From Nemertoderma westbladi (taxonomy: Eukaryota; Animalia; Xenacoelomorpha), in contig JAUCBJ010005628.1 of NCBI GenBank assembly GCA_032718475.1, forward strand, positions 1 to 53,449: 53,449 bases of DNA, read 5' to 3'. Below are positions 10,801 through 20,776 of the stretch, piece after piece. The notes beneath the pieces are model-generated. The model searched no databases. It had not been told where the DNA came from and saw only the letters and a program-made list of their open reading frames with translations. Each line of letters begins with the position of its first letter. The first letter of the stretch is position 1. Position numbers and translations under genes: made by a program.

Positions 10801-12468
10801 TTCTATTTCAATTATTTGGTCTGTGGGTTCTGTACTACCTAAGTTTGTGTTATTTAGTTGTTTTCTAACAGCTGGGGGCAAATCAGGCAGTTTCTGGCGG
10901 TGGGATATTCTTCTACGTCTGCTTAGACGAGATCTATTTCCTCCGTCTTCATGATCGGTGGTATCGCCTTCCTCAGATGATGTATAACCTTGTCTTTTGG
11001 GAGTAGATCGACTCATCATCTGCATATTACTAGCTGTTAACTGTTTATTAAAATTATCTTGCCTCTCTTGAAGATTTTCCAACTCTAGTTGGGCGATCTC
11101 TTCAGCCGCTCTCCGTTCTGCTTCTGCCACCACTATCTTTCTTTCCGCTTCTGCCGCTGCTGCCGCTTTTGCCTCTGCCGCTGCCGCCTTTGCCTCTGCC
11201 GCTTTTGCCTCTGCCGCTGCCGCCTTTGCCTCTGCCGCTGCTTCTGCCGCCTTTCTTTCTGCTTCTGCTTCTGCTGCTGCCGCTGCTGCTATCTTTCTGT
11301 CTTCTATACGTTTTTTCTTTACTTGTTCTTCTTGGACTCTAGCGATGCGGAGTTGTTCATCAAATTTAGCTTGGTTCGCAGCTCTCATATCCACATCGAT
11401 GGCGTCCAACACACGCTGGGTTCCTTCACTATTAGGGCTAAGTCCATCCAGCCTTCTCCTCAACTCTTCATCACCTAAAAAACGTTGATAGTCTGACAGA
11501 TAGATGTCAATGGCATCCCTCTTATGCGGTTTCTCTGCCGTCGCTTCACTTTCCACTTGGGAAAAAGTAGCGTCTGTTGATTCTCCATGGGTTGAGCGCT
11601 CCTCCAGCTGAGCTTTCCACTGAGCCGTTCCATGAACCTGGAGACTCACCCGTTGAAACCAAGTCTTTACGGCAACTTGCAACGACGTGTCTTGTCTTCT
11701 TTTAGAAGCCTCCTCAAAGGCCGATAAGATTAGCCTGATTCGTAGAATTCTTTCTCTAACTTGATAAAGCAGCTGTCCCTGCTCTTGAGGTCCTTGGGGT
11801 TGTTGAAACAGTTGTTCTTTTAATCGCTCCATGGAGCCGAAGAATCCCTGTGCGTATCCGGCTGCTGACCTCTTCCACACAGCTGGATCGCTGGTTTCCT
11901 TTGTCACTCCCATCCTGTGTATGTCTTCCCAGGCAGCTTCCGATAAGTCAAACGGGAGTCCGGGTCCGGGGAAGTTCCATTGCGACTCGACAATAGACTT
12001 CAGTTCTTCCCTTGTATATCCCGCATAACTATCTTTGGACAATCGCTTATTTCTCGCCCAATCGATCTGGTGTTCTTCCACCGCAATCAATAACCTCGTG
12101 AGTACGGCTGCAGGAAGGATGAGAAGGGTGTCCGAATAAACCGCATCTGTCATCTTTGCTCCGTGCTCGGGTGTCAGCTCTACAGTATCCGCACTACTGG
12201 AGCTGTCGGGCCGTTGAGAAATAAGTTCTTGGCTCGCGGGTTGTTGCGGTTCCGCTGCTTCTTGGTCCCGCTTGACCTGAGCTCTAGTGCCTATGACAGA
12301 CCTACGGTGTTGGACCAGCCTAGGTTCTGATATTACTACTGGGGGAATGATCTTTCTTACAGTAGGAGGTGAGTTGAACTTCGGTCTAACACGTTCCACA
12401 CTCCTGTCTGGGTCACAGATGGTTGTATCTAAGAGACTGTCCGACAGGTTTTGCTTTGTGTCAGACAT
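7822..12468 (-). CDS. BEL/Pao retrotransposon Gag-aspartic protease polyprotein, internally deleted (no RT or integrase core), 1548 aa
   Basis: DUF1759-type capsid start IVKFNGDEMKWLPF...LSNGEKLRFL (~10092-9990); three BEL-type Zn knuckles CVLCDGPH / CYNCLRRGH...C / CAKCGAKHH (9252-9071); protease ALLDSGSTGTF (~8733-8701); RTRVGWYFTGP linker; RNase H C-terminal QWRHCPETINLADIASRG...GPDFL...WPP; terminal integrase motif RPAGRLCLLE. Confidence 0.9.
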   Translation of the reverse strand: MSDTKQNLSDSLLDTTICDPDRSVERVRPKFNSPPTVRKIIPPVVISEPRLVQHRRSVIGTRAQVKRDQEAAEPQQPASQELISQRPDSSSSADTVELTPEHGAKMTDAVYSDTLLILPAAVLTRLLIAVEEHQIDWARNKRLSKDSYAGYTREELKSIVESQWNFPGPGLPFDLSEAAWEDIHRMGVTKETSDPAVWKRSAAGYAQGFFGSMERLKEQLFQQPQGPQEQGQLLYQVRERILRIRLILSAFEEASKRRQDTSLQVAVKTWFQRVSLQVHGTAQWKAQLEERSTHGESTDATFSQVESEATAEKPHKRDAIDIYLSDYQRFLGDEELRRRLDGLSPNSEGTQRVLDAIDVDMRAANQAKFDEQLRIARVQEEQVKKKRIEDRKIAAAAAAEAEAERKAAEAAAEAKAAAAEAKAAEAKAAAAEAKAAAAAEAERKIVVAEAERRAAEEIAQLELENLQERQDNFNKQLTASNMQMMSRSTPKRQGYTSSEEGDTTDHEDGGNRSRLSRRRRISHRQKLPDLPPAVRKQLNNTNLGSTEPTDQIIEIERLPTIVDEPEIIRPIPEATPSVIETPVLPEPTSKFPLHSTKLSVPHRTTLENVHVLDSERNINDLSPIVPRRPATTLAAPASAVEWVDEGRRGMDLLLGQMQETVQQFKGTVRESRLLELQEVQQSIALERDKLVNTQKGIPPTPVTMCQPVRSEVSHAQGVEPTRIYTASEVETPIVNPIKGNYRPVDNDIPYRPDHNPRNLYTDNSILNNTMAQESFTRQMARTEARQAVKVGEIVKFNGDEMKWLPFNEYYKDNIQNSVLSNGEKLRFLIECLEGSPKLMALKFIGHPDGLRQVWDTLNIRYGNRTNIARYLYAKLMAPRKFLSSGIIEFSDEIQEICRQLDWLGKSHEYQNSMVVGALASTLPKGGVGTRWDKKVLYMMEQQRRDPTMADLMSFLDGEVKLQLLRQSREKTPENKVSEKPVSRRRVIPVCYTDDGESQASQEEDSGKDTERSYYDNKATKDVSKFKSRTNDRREQVRKTPPTSPKRIQVRKPEERTSVHNVTQSKVSNIKPKCVLCDGPHRLNMCDKFLKKSLKDRREVMWDKRLCYNCLRRGHQRRTCYSDARCAKCGAKHHILLQTEFERNSPSQVSESELHVQFSDVNDTDQYSEMEGFYTDEFSDENESCYLTNTAVYRALTYEKDTDSELPLTTSDRQPSWKAPTSNVGIREFPVVQLRVHGPTRSYIVNALLDSGSTGTFIDKELAEDIFAGQPKFRTKLNMSGIMQVWKSTVIADYYVGALSTPQDELGEHSIRSVKMVAIKNFATSQVEPYNWDEDDFTQQLEIPRFNTDYPGDQILIGQNAHEALETLEKRPAQPQPLQVYAGRTRVGWYFTGPSRRTLMERLPKEQVYQLSEWEVESSEVDDPTEGTPYSSDNDDINSNVDQWRHCPETINLADIASRGATPQELTDTPDRLGGPDFLSKEDEWPPHLTPAKIRQAKGAEKVTQPLNRPAGRLCLLERDRKLSGNYGRQDTLPTSTSLIQQISRDSIT
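11140..11290 (-). repeat. Coding Ala/Glu/Lys repeat (AAAEAK)n within Gag N-terminal region
   Basis: (GCAGAGGCAAAGGCGGCAGCG)-like units encode AAAAAEAEAERKAAEAAAEAKAAAAEAKAAEAKAAAAEAK. Confidence 0.85.
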
Positions 12469-12599
12469 GTTGTTTTGTACAGTTGAATGCCTACTGCTAT
12501 ATTACAGTTTAAGCAAGTCTAGTAATTCAGTATCACTGTTAGCCTAGTAATTAATTACCGATACTGCTACTCAGTGTAGCGTGATATATATATAATATA

Positions 12600-12850
12600 T
12601 TAGAATACCGGTATGCTTATAGTATATATAAGTATTATTACAGACTAGGTTTGTCACAGAATACCGGTATGTAATTCCAGCACAAGTATATATAAATATA
12701 TAATAGGCCTATCGTGAATACCGGTATACAGCTTACACTTATAGTATATATATAAGTATAATTACAGACTAGAATTGATTACAGAATACCGGTATAATTT
12801 CAGCCTAAATTTATAAATATATAATAGGACTATTGTTAATACCGGTGTCA
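12600..12850. repeat. Tandem repeats with palindromic ATACCGGTAT core in the Gag 5' leader
   Basis: AATACCGGT occurs at ~12604, 12660, 12717, 12785 and 12838; alternating units form a ~125-bp higher-order duplication. Confidence 0.75.
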
Positions 12851-13238
12851 GTTATTTTAGAATAACTGAATTTCTGAAATTTCAGGGGTTACTTGGTTAC
12901 TTTAACTTACTTTATTACCGTTATTTAAGCAGTAGTCCAACTGATATTTAGACCTAATTGTTGTATGGCTGGCCTACTATTTATAAATCTTTGAGTTGAT
13001 TTATAATATATATATACCCGTTTAATGGGTTTTGTCAATATTTGAAATAAATGTTATTATTTCTGGGGGGAGTCACTACACAGAAGCTGTGCGCTCTCAG
13101 TGGAGTGCTACTTGTTGGACACTAAAACAAATAATTCTAATTTACCTAAGTTACTTAATACTACAAATTACGTACAATCCGGGTTGAGATTACAATCTCT
13201 AAATAAACACAAAAATTACAAGTACGAACTACTACTAT

Positions 13239-13760
13239 CAGACTACTATCAAGCCCAAACAAACTACGGTATATGCAGACTCCGAAATGGTTAGTTAGTA
13301 TGCGTCCTAACCTAGTAGGACGACTTATTCTTTCGAGGGGGTTTACCTCACAGCTCTGGAAGCCCCTACGTTCCCAACTGGCACTTTATCGGACATACAC
13401 TCTACACACACCGAAATCTCTTAAGACCTAACAACAGCCAGACAAAATCCAGCCTACAAATTATCTAAGTAAGAAATATTACGCTACCCGTACAAACTAC
13501 ACAAACAAAGTACAGACCAAACGCTGACAGACTACTATCAAGCCTAAATACACTACAGTATATGCAGACTCCGAAATGGTTAGTTAGTATGCGTTCTAAC
13601 CGAGTAGTACGACTTATTCTTTCGAGGGGGTTCACCTCACAGCACTGGCAGCCCCTACTTTCCTAACTAGTACTTTTTCAGACATATGCTCTACACACAC
13701 TACAGTCCCTTCAGACTTAACAACATTCAGACAACAGTCTAGCCTACAAATTGTCTGTAC
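13239..13760. repeat. Tandem duplication, ~290 bp period
   Basis: CAGACTACTATCAAGCC...ATGCAGACTCCGAAATGGTTAGTTAGTATGCG...AGCCTACAAATT at ~13239-13465 and ~13528-13755. Confidence 0.9.
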
Positions 13761-14012
13761 AATCTGAACAGGCTTACACGCCTTCTGCTCAATATTAGCC
13801 TACAAATAAATAAAACTGACAGAAATAGGCCTAAGTAAAATCCCAATAAAAACCAGGCGTCCCCGATTAATTATTAAGACCTACTGGTATATAATAATCA
13901 AAATCGAATAATACTGATGTACCTGTACTGCTGTAGGTACCGGTCCGGGTGGTTAGGTAGTCAGGCCTACTGGGTACCGGTTGGCCGGTACTTCAGCTTT
14001 ATTGCCTACTGC

Positions 14013-14846
14013 AATACAGAAGCAATATCTGTTATTGTTCGCGCTTTCAGACCTTTAGCAGTTTAACCTGCCAAATTTGGATGTCTTTTAGATGATAGAT
14101 AGCAGTCTTTAGCCTATGACAAGTATTTGATACACTACATTAGCCGAAACCAGTCTATGCGCGATCATTCACCCGCTGGATATACCCGGGAGACTGGATT
14201 CGGGAGCCTAACCGTATTGCGGGGTAGGCCTACTGTATTATTCGACTGATCGTAATATATATAATCTCTGACAAATATTATTCACTTTCGGGAAATATTA
14301 ACAGTTCCTTTAGGACGTGGCGCTCTAAATATATAAACAGAGTTATGACTTAAACTAGACACAACGGGATGGCTATAGATTCACGTATATGGCGCATTCT
14401 TTAGGAGATGCTTCGTTATCAATCACGATCATACACAATACTGCACAATGCTGCACACTAATCTGCCGACCTTCACTAATTTTAGTCACATATAAGGAGA
14501 ACAACAGACAATACGTGTAGGGCCTATAAAATAGCATTAGATTCACTTCAAACCACTTAATGTAAGTCGCAATCGTTATATGTATCCGGTCTCTCTAACC
14601 TTTAGTATATCAAGAAGATTGGGGTGTCTGATTGTTTATCAGTATTCCAAATATAATATTCCATCAACAAATATAATGAATAACCGACAGTAAATAGCAG
14701 TACAAAGTTTAAGGTATGAATGGTTATGAATGCAGAATTGGTATAAGATATGTTAAGTAAGTGAGTTCAGTATGGTATGTTAGGTATGATAACGGATATA
14801 CGTTCTATAATTAAGCCTACTAATGTTGGACTAAAGACTGAAACAC
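14013..14846. repeat. Long inverted repeat, right arm; begins with a decayed + strand copy of the orphan ORF C-terminus
   Basis: 14036 onward translates CSRFQTFSSLTCQIWMSFR* versus CSRFQTFGSLTRQIKMSSRY* of the orphan ORF; similarity continues to ~14846 and weakly to ~15040. Confidence 0.9.
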
Positions 14847-15688
14847 GGAGGTTCCACGCCGGTGTTGTAGGCTGTGGACAAAATCACATACTGACTCAAA
14901 TCCACGAGTTTCTATATACAATCTCTAACACAGAGGCAAAAACGCTCTGATTGGTCGACCGAACAAAGAAGGCACAGAGAACAAAGAAAAGCTACACGTG
15001 TACAGCATCAGCTGTTAGCCGTCGTCATGGTAGCTACACTGTTTACAGAGGATTTGGCGCATTGCGTCATAAAATTGCTAATCATGTCCGCTAAAGTACA
15101 CATACAGAAGAAATGGCTTTTATGTCCTCTAAAACAACAGTACAGTAAGGACACGGCCTTTTATGCCTGTTAAACCAACTACAGAGTACTTTACGGGGAA
15201 AATAACCGGCTAATTACGCAAAAGCCTTTACAACATATTATATATATATTCTTTAAATATTGTAAATCGCGACCTTTAATTGTTTCGTAAAAATAAGAAG
15301 GGCAACAAATGGTAGACAATTAGTCCCCACCACCCATATTAACGCCATAGAACATTAAATATCATTGCCCTCTTGTGAACAAAGACAATAATGACAATGG
15401 AGATTCGATAAGAACCAACCCTATAATTCCTTGTAAACAATTTTTGAACTTTAAACATTATTGCGCGTGCTACACATGAAGTGACTAATATGTGGTAGCA
15501 ATACTACAGTATAGGGCGTATACAGGTATCGGTGACATTTCTGTTGGGAGCGTTTTATGGGTGTATATACACACTGTATTTAATACAGTGTGTATACACC
15601 GTCTACTACTGTACACACTGTACGTACACTCTCATATATTGTAGTACTTCACCGCGGATAAACGGATGAACAATGGATAAACGTTGTA

Positions 15689-16377
15689 TACGCTTAGTTA
15701 CGGGTAGCCTCTACGCGTAGTTACGGGTAGCATCTACGCGTAGTTACGGGTAGCCCCTACGCGTAGTTACGGGTAGCCTCTACGCGTAGTTACGGGTAGC
15801 ATCTACGCGTAGTTACGGGTAGCATCTACGCGTAGTTACGGGTAGCATCTACGCGTAGTTACGGGTAGCATCTACGCGTAGTTACGGGTAGCATCTACGC
15901 GTAGTTATGGGTAGCCTCTACGCGTAGTTACGGGTAGCATCTACGCGTAGTTAAGGGTAGCCTCTACGCGTAGTTACTGGTAGCCTCTACGCGTAGTTAC
16001 GGGTAGCCTCTACGCGTAGTTACGGGTAGCGTCTACGCGTAGTTACGGGTAGCCTCTACGCGTAGTTACGGGTAGCCTCTACGCGTAGTTACGGGTAGCC
16101 TCTACACGTTGTTACGGGTAGCCTCTACGCGTAGTTACGGGTAGCATCTACGCATAGTTACGGGTAGCCTCTGCGCGTAGTTACGGGTAGCCTCTACGCG
16201 TAGTTACGGGTAGCATCTACGCGTAGTTACGGGTAGCCTCTACGCGTAGTTACGGGTAGCACCTACGAGTAGTTACGGGTAGCATCTACGCGTAGTTACG
16301 GGTAGCATCTACGCGTAGTTACGGGTAGCATCTACGAGTAGTTACGGGTAGCACCTACGCGTAGTTACGGGTAGCAT
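15689..16377. repeat. 23-bp satellite, ~30 copies (TTACGGGTAGC[A/C]TCTACGCGTAG)
   Basis: 23-bp period (TTACGGG at 15721, 15744, 15767...); head-to-tail with no spacers; degenerate copies continue at 16566-16650. Confidence 0.97.
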
Positions 16378-16394
16378 AAATAAAATAAATAAAA

Positions 16395-16570
16395 ATAAAA
16401 TATGCATTTATATGTGTTATTGTTGCGTGCGCCCGTAGGGGCTATTACAGCATTTTACGGGCGCCTGCATTATTTTTCCCCCCAGCAATATTTAGTCGGA
16501 TTTGAACCTCTGCGCCACCAAACACTATTGTGAAAGAGTAGTCAGGCGATGTATCCACTCGAACTCCTAC
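16395..16570 (-). ncRNA. tRNA-derived Pol III-type unit (SINE head or small ncRNA) embedded in the 23-bp satellite
   Basis: Minus strand: A-box-like AGTTCGAGTGGATA (16565-16552), B-box GGTTCAAATCC (16508-16498), perfect 9-bp stem GCGCCCGTA/TACGGGCGC (16429-16464), then a T-run (~16400). Confidence 0.45.
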
Positions 16571-17539
16571 GCATAGTTACGGGTAGCAACTACGCGTAGT
16601 TAAGCGTAGCACATACGCGTAGTTATGCGTAGTACCTACACGTCGCTAGCCGTAGGTAATGTTAAAACTCTGAATGACACAGTGTAACGCGATATTGAGA
16701 ATGGTCGTCAGATTCAACCACCAAAATTTGTAAAACCCTCTTCTGAAAGACCAGTGGAGATTGTCCCACAACTATAAGCACCGGTTATTAGTATACATTT
16801 AGTAAAATTAAGAACGTCGTACAAGCGACTAAAATGAAATTCAAAACCAAAACCAAAACCTCAAAACAAAAACAAAAACTAAATGTAGTGACTAAGTACT
16901 GCCACGTGAAAGAATCTGTGAGTCCGACAGTCAGGACATACTATCTCTACTAGCATTTTTTTTTGCTATTCGTGTCATACCTGCCAATAAAATAAAATTT
17001 AACTAATATTATTAATTTAATTATTAATTATTAATTTTTTATTTAAATTTATTGCAATTTTAGAATATTAATTCCATTATAAATAAAATACTGGTATAAA
17101 ATAGTCCTACTGAATAAATAGAAAATAGTTTGATCAATACAGTATAATATGAAATAAGATAAACATAAGTAAATAAGGAAATTGATGATGACGAATGTAT
17201 GAGACATACAGTACTGTACAGTTTGAGTTGAGATGAGTAAGTTTGATATGACGTACTGTATGATGAGATGAGACTAAATAAATAAAGAGATAAGAAGATG
17301 CATTGAGTACGGTATGTGATGCAAGTAGGACGTTAAGTACGAAGTGACGTAAGATACAGATTAGCTACTACAGTACATTAATTTGCTAAATACGAAGTAC
17401 TTTTTTTTTACGTAGTGTATTTACAGCTGGTAAAATGGATATCATATTATAAGTTGATGTAGAGTTGAAATGTGCAATAAGTTTGGACGAAGTTAATGTG
17501 CGTGTTCACATTACGTATGTGTAGGAGTAGGTGTAGCTT

Positions 17540-18766
17540 TACGCCACTAAACACTCAACCTTTCTTTTACCCCAGTAAACACTCAAACTTTCTTGTACGC
17601 CACTAAACACTCAAACTTTCCAGTACGCCACTAAACACATAAACGTTCCTTTATGCCACTAAACACAAACATTCATTTACGCCACTAAACACACAAACTT
17701 TCCAGTAAACCGCTAAACACACACACTTTCCAGTACGCCACTAATCACTCAAACCTTTCTTTATATCACTAAACACTCAAAGTTTCCTTTACGCCACTAA
17801 ACACTTCAACTTTCCAGTACGCCACTAAACACACAAACTTTCCTTTAAGCCACTAAACACACAAACTTTCCAGTACGCCACTAAACACACTAAATTTCCT
17901 CTACGCCACTAAACACTCAAACTTTCCTTTACGCCAATAAACACTCCAACTTTCCAGTACGCCACTAAACACACCTAACTTTCCAGTACGCCACTAAACA
18001 CTCAAACTGTATTTTACGCCACTAAACACACAAACTTTCCTTTATACCACTTTCCTTTACGCCACTAAACACACAAACTTTCCTTTACGCCACTAAACAC
18101 ACAAACTTTCCTTTACGCCACTAAACACATCAACTTTCCTTTATGTTACTAACCACTCAAACCTTTCTTTACGCCACTAAACACTCTAACTTTCCATTAC
18201 GCCACTAAACACACAAACTTTCCAGTACGCCACTAAACGCATACACTTTCCTTTATGCCACTAAACACATAAACTTTCCTTTACGCTACTAACCACTCAA
18301 ACCTTTCTTTACGCCACTAAACACTCTAACTTTCCATTACGCCACTAAACACATAAACTTTCCTTTACGCCACTAAACACACTAACTTTCCAGTACGCTA
18401 CTAAACGCATAAACTTTCCTTTATGCCACTAAACACATAAACTTTCCTTTACGCTACTAACCACTCAAACCTTTCTTTACGCCACTAAATATTCTAACTT
18501 TCCAATACCCCACTAAATACACAAACTTTCCTTTACGCCACTAAACACATAAACTTTCCTTTACGCTACTAACCACTAAAACCTTTCTTTACGCCACTAA
18601 ACACTCTAACTTTCCATTACGCCACTAAACACACAAACTTTCCGTTACGCTACTAATCACCCAAACCTTTCTTTACGCCACTAAACACTCTAACTTTCCA
18701 TTACGCCACTAAAGACACAAACTTTCCTTTACGCCACTAAACGCGAACTTTCCTTTACGCCACTAA
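17540..18766. repeat. 28-bp satellite, ~43 copies (GCCACTAAACACACAAACTTTCCTTTAC)
   Basis: 28-bp period (GCCACTAA at 18061, 18089, 18117); variant monomers recur in a fixed order in the 3' half. Confidence 0.97.
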
Positions 18767-18789
18767 AGGGGAAATATATGAAACTATTT

Positions 18790-18990
18790 TGTAAAGTGAC
18801 TGTTTATTGTTTTGTTAGAAAATCCCGCCTCTGTAACCTGCTCCTTTCCCTGATTTGGTAAAGTGACCGTTTATTGTTTTGGTTAGAAAGGCTAGCCTCT
18901 GTAACCTGCTCCTTTCCTTCATTTGGTAAAGTGACTGTTTATTGTTTTGGTTAGAAAATCCGGCCTTAACCTGCTCCTTTCCATCAATTG
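18790..18990. repeat. ~68-bp tandem repeat, 3 copies, related to the MITE body at 29230-29290
   Basis: GTAAAGTGAC.GTTTATTGTTTTGGTTAGAAA...TAACCTGCTCCTTTCC x3; its reverse complement GGAAAGGAGCAGGTTA...TAACCAAAACAATAAA occurs at 29241-29288. Confidence 0.8.
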
Positions 18991-20157
18991 GTAATTGTTT
19001 TTGGCTATAAAATGAGTGTTTTGCTACGTCATGTGGTAATCGATTATCGACAACAACCACAAACTATTAAATTTAGAGTCTTTTACCACAGGCGCATATG
19101 GAAATCTATCTCATAGTCTATAAATCATGGAATTTTGAATGTTTTGGCACAGGTATAGTGAAACAATTGTCCGACAGACCAGAAATCAGCAAATTTTGAA
19201 TGTTTTGGCATAGGCATGTTGAAATCAACTGTCTGACAGTCCAGAAATCAGTAGTCTGACAGTTTGAAGAAATACATACATAAAAAGTCATTAAAGGACA
19301 ACAAAAGTTATTAAAGGGACAACAAAAGTCATTATGCACAATTCGTAAAAAAAGGAGGACAAAAAGTCAAATAAAAGGACATAAAAAATCACTGCCCATT
19401 TTAATTGCGTAAATTTTAGTTGATTTGACGTCTAATAAAAAATTACAAATTCAAATTCCAACCTCAACTATGTCGCAGGAAATACCCGCTACGCCATGCA
19501 ACATATGGTTTGACGAGTTAGCTACGGTATTGCCGATTGTACTAACTAAACAAGGCAGTTTAATACAATAAGAGTTCCTAGTTTTAACTGAATCGACTAT
19601 TGATCATACTCCGCAAACCACAATGAGTTTTTATAATAGCGACAGATGTTGTTAGTTAGTTAGTACTAGAGAGAGCAATGTTCCTCGGGCAGGTTCATTT
19701 ATTAATTGTCGTTATTGCTTCCAAGAATAACAGTGCGGAAATTATTTACAGTCTTATTTTTCCCGGGTACCGGTTATACATGTTGGTTATTCATTTTTTG
19801 CATTGGATTGGTTTTGAACGCCTAAATAATGATAGTTTTGATGTTCATTTGGCTGTTATAGACTATAAGGAAAATAGTGAATTGCGACTAATATTGTTCG
19901 ATAGTTTGGTAGTTTACTGTAGATGGTAGATGGTAGATAATTGGTAATTATTAATTAATTATTGTGAAAGTTTTCGAATAAAATGTTGTTACTTTTACTA
20001 TTATCAAGATTACTAGATTCCTAGGCAAAGATTCCAAATCTAATTTTTATTCTCATTTCCACATAAACGAAAGTAAATAAGTAGAGTAGTTTAATTATTA
20101 CATTTAGGACAACATTTTTTCTTTACTCATTCTTTAATAAATACAAAAGGTTACTAA

Positions 20158-20508
20158 ATGGCGGCACATTATTGGGTGAGGGATATCTTACAAGGTGTTA
20201 ATACGGTGTCGACAGCTGGTTTACCAGGATCCATTGTCTGCTATGGGGATAGGTGTGAACCAATACTTACTGGCTCCAAACCCTGGCAAGTTGTCATGGC
20301 TGCAGCTACTTATGGTAAAGGGAAGGTGATTGTTGTCTCACATCCGAGTCTTTTAGAAACTTACTCATCGGCTGAACAATGTTCTGAAAAATTAGCTGAA
20401 AACATCACGAAATGGTTGTTTAGTAATCGTCGCGATGGTGGTACAACAAGAGAAATAGTTACTGTCAACGGAATGTCATGTGATGCTATTCCAAATGCGA
20501 AGAATAAG
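20158..20508 (+). CDS. TCAF/FAM115-like M60 metallopeptidase, exon 1
   Basis: N-terminus GLPGSIVCYG...VMAAATYGKGKVIVVSH typical of TCAF/FAM115; 351 nt = 117 codons ending AAG|GT (phase-0 donor at 20509). Confidence 0.8.
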
Positions 20509-20776
20509 GTTGGTCATTGATATTGATGTAGAAGTAACCTACAAGTTTCATATTAAACATGTTATCATTATGCTTAATTATATTTCAATTAATATTAATC
20601 AGCACCATTGAAATTCAAAATTGGTTTCTTCCAATGCGCTCTTATCAATTGTATTTTAAACGCAGTATAAATTAATTTAAGGCATCATATTTATTAAAGT
20701 AAGACAATATATATCATTACACATACACAGTCAATCAATTAAAATATTTATATTGCATTTTTTCTTTAAATTTCAG

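Noticed and set aside
8344-12547. Short + strand ORFs antisense to Gag-Pro (e.g. Cys-rich 11089-11478)
   Set aside because: Shadow frames of the coding strand and its Ala repeat.
13930-13995. Clusters of ACCGGT/AGGCCT/TACAGTA palindromes as specific regulatory sites
   Set aside because: The same hexamers are scattered throughout the window (28513, 30474, 30646), suggesting genome-wide compositional bias.
15689-18766. 23-bp and 28-bp arrays as CRISPR
   Set aside because: Head-to-tail monomers with no unique spacers, no cas genes, eukaryotic context.
20753-20776. Track start of the 636-aa ORF (MHFFFKFQ)
   Set aside because: This is the intron's polypyrimidine tract and acceptor; the true N-terminus is exon 1 at 20158.
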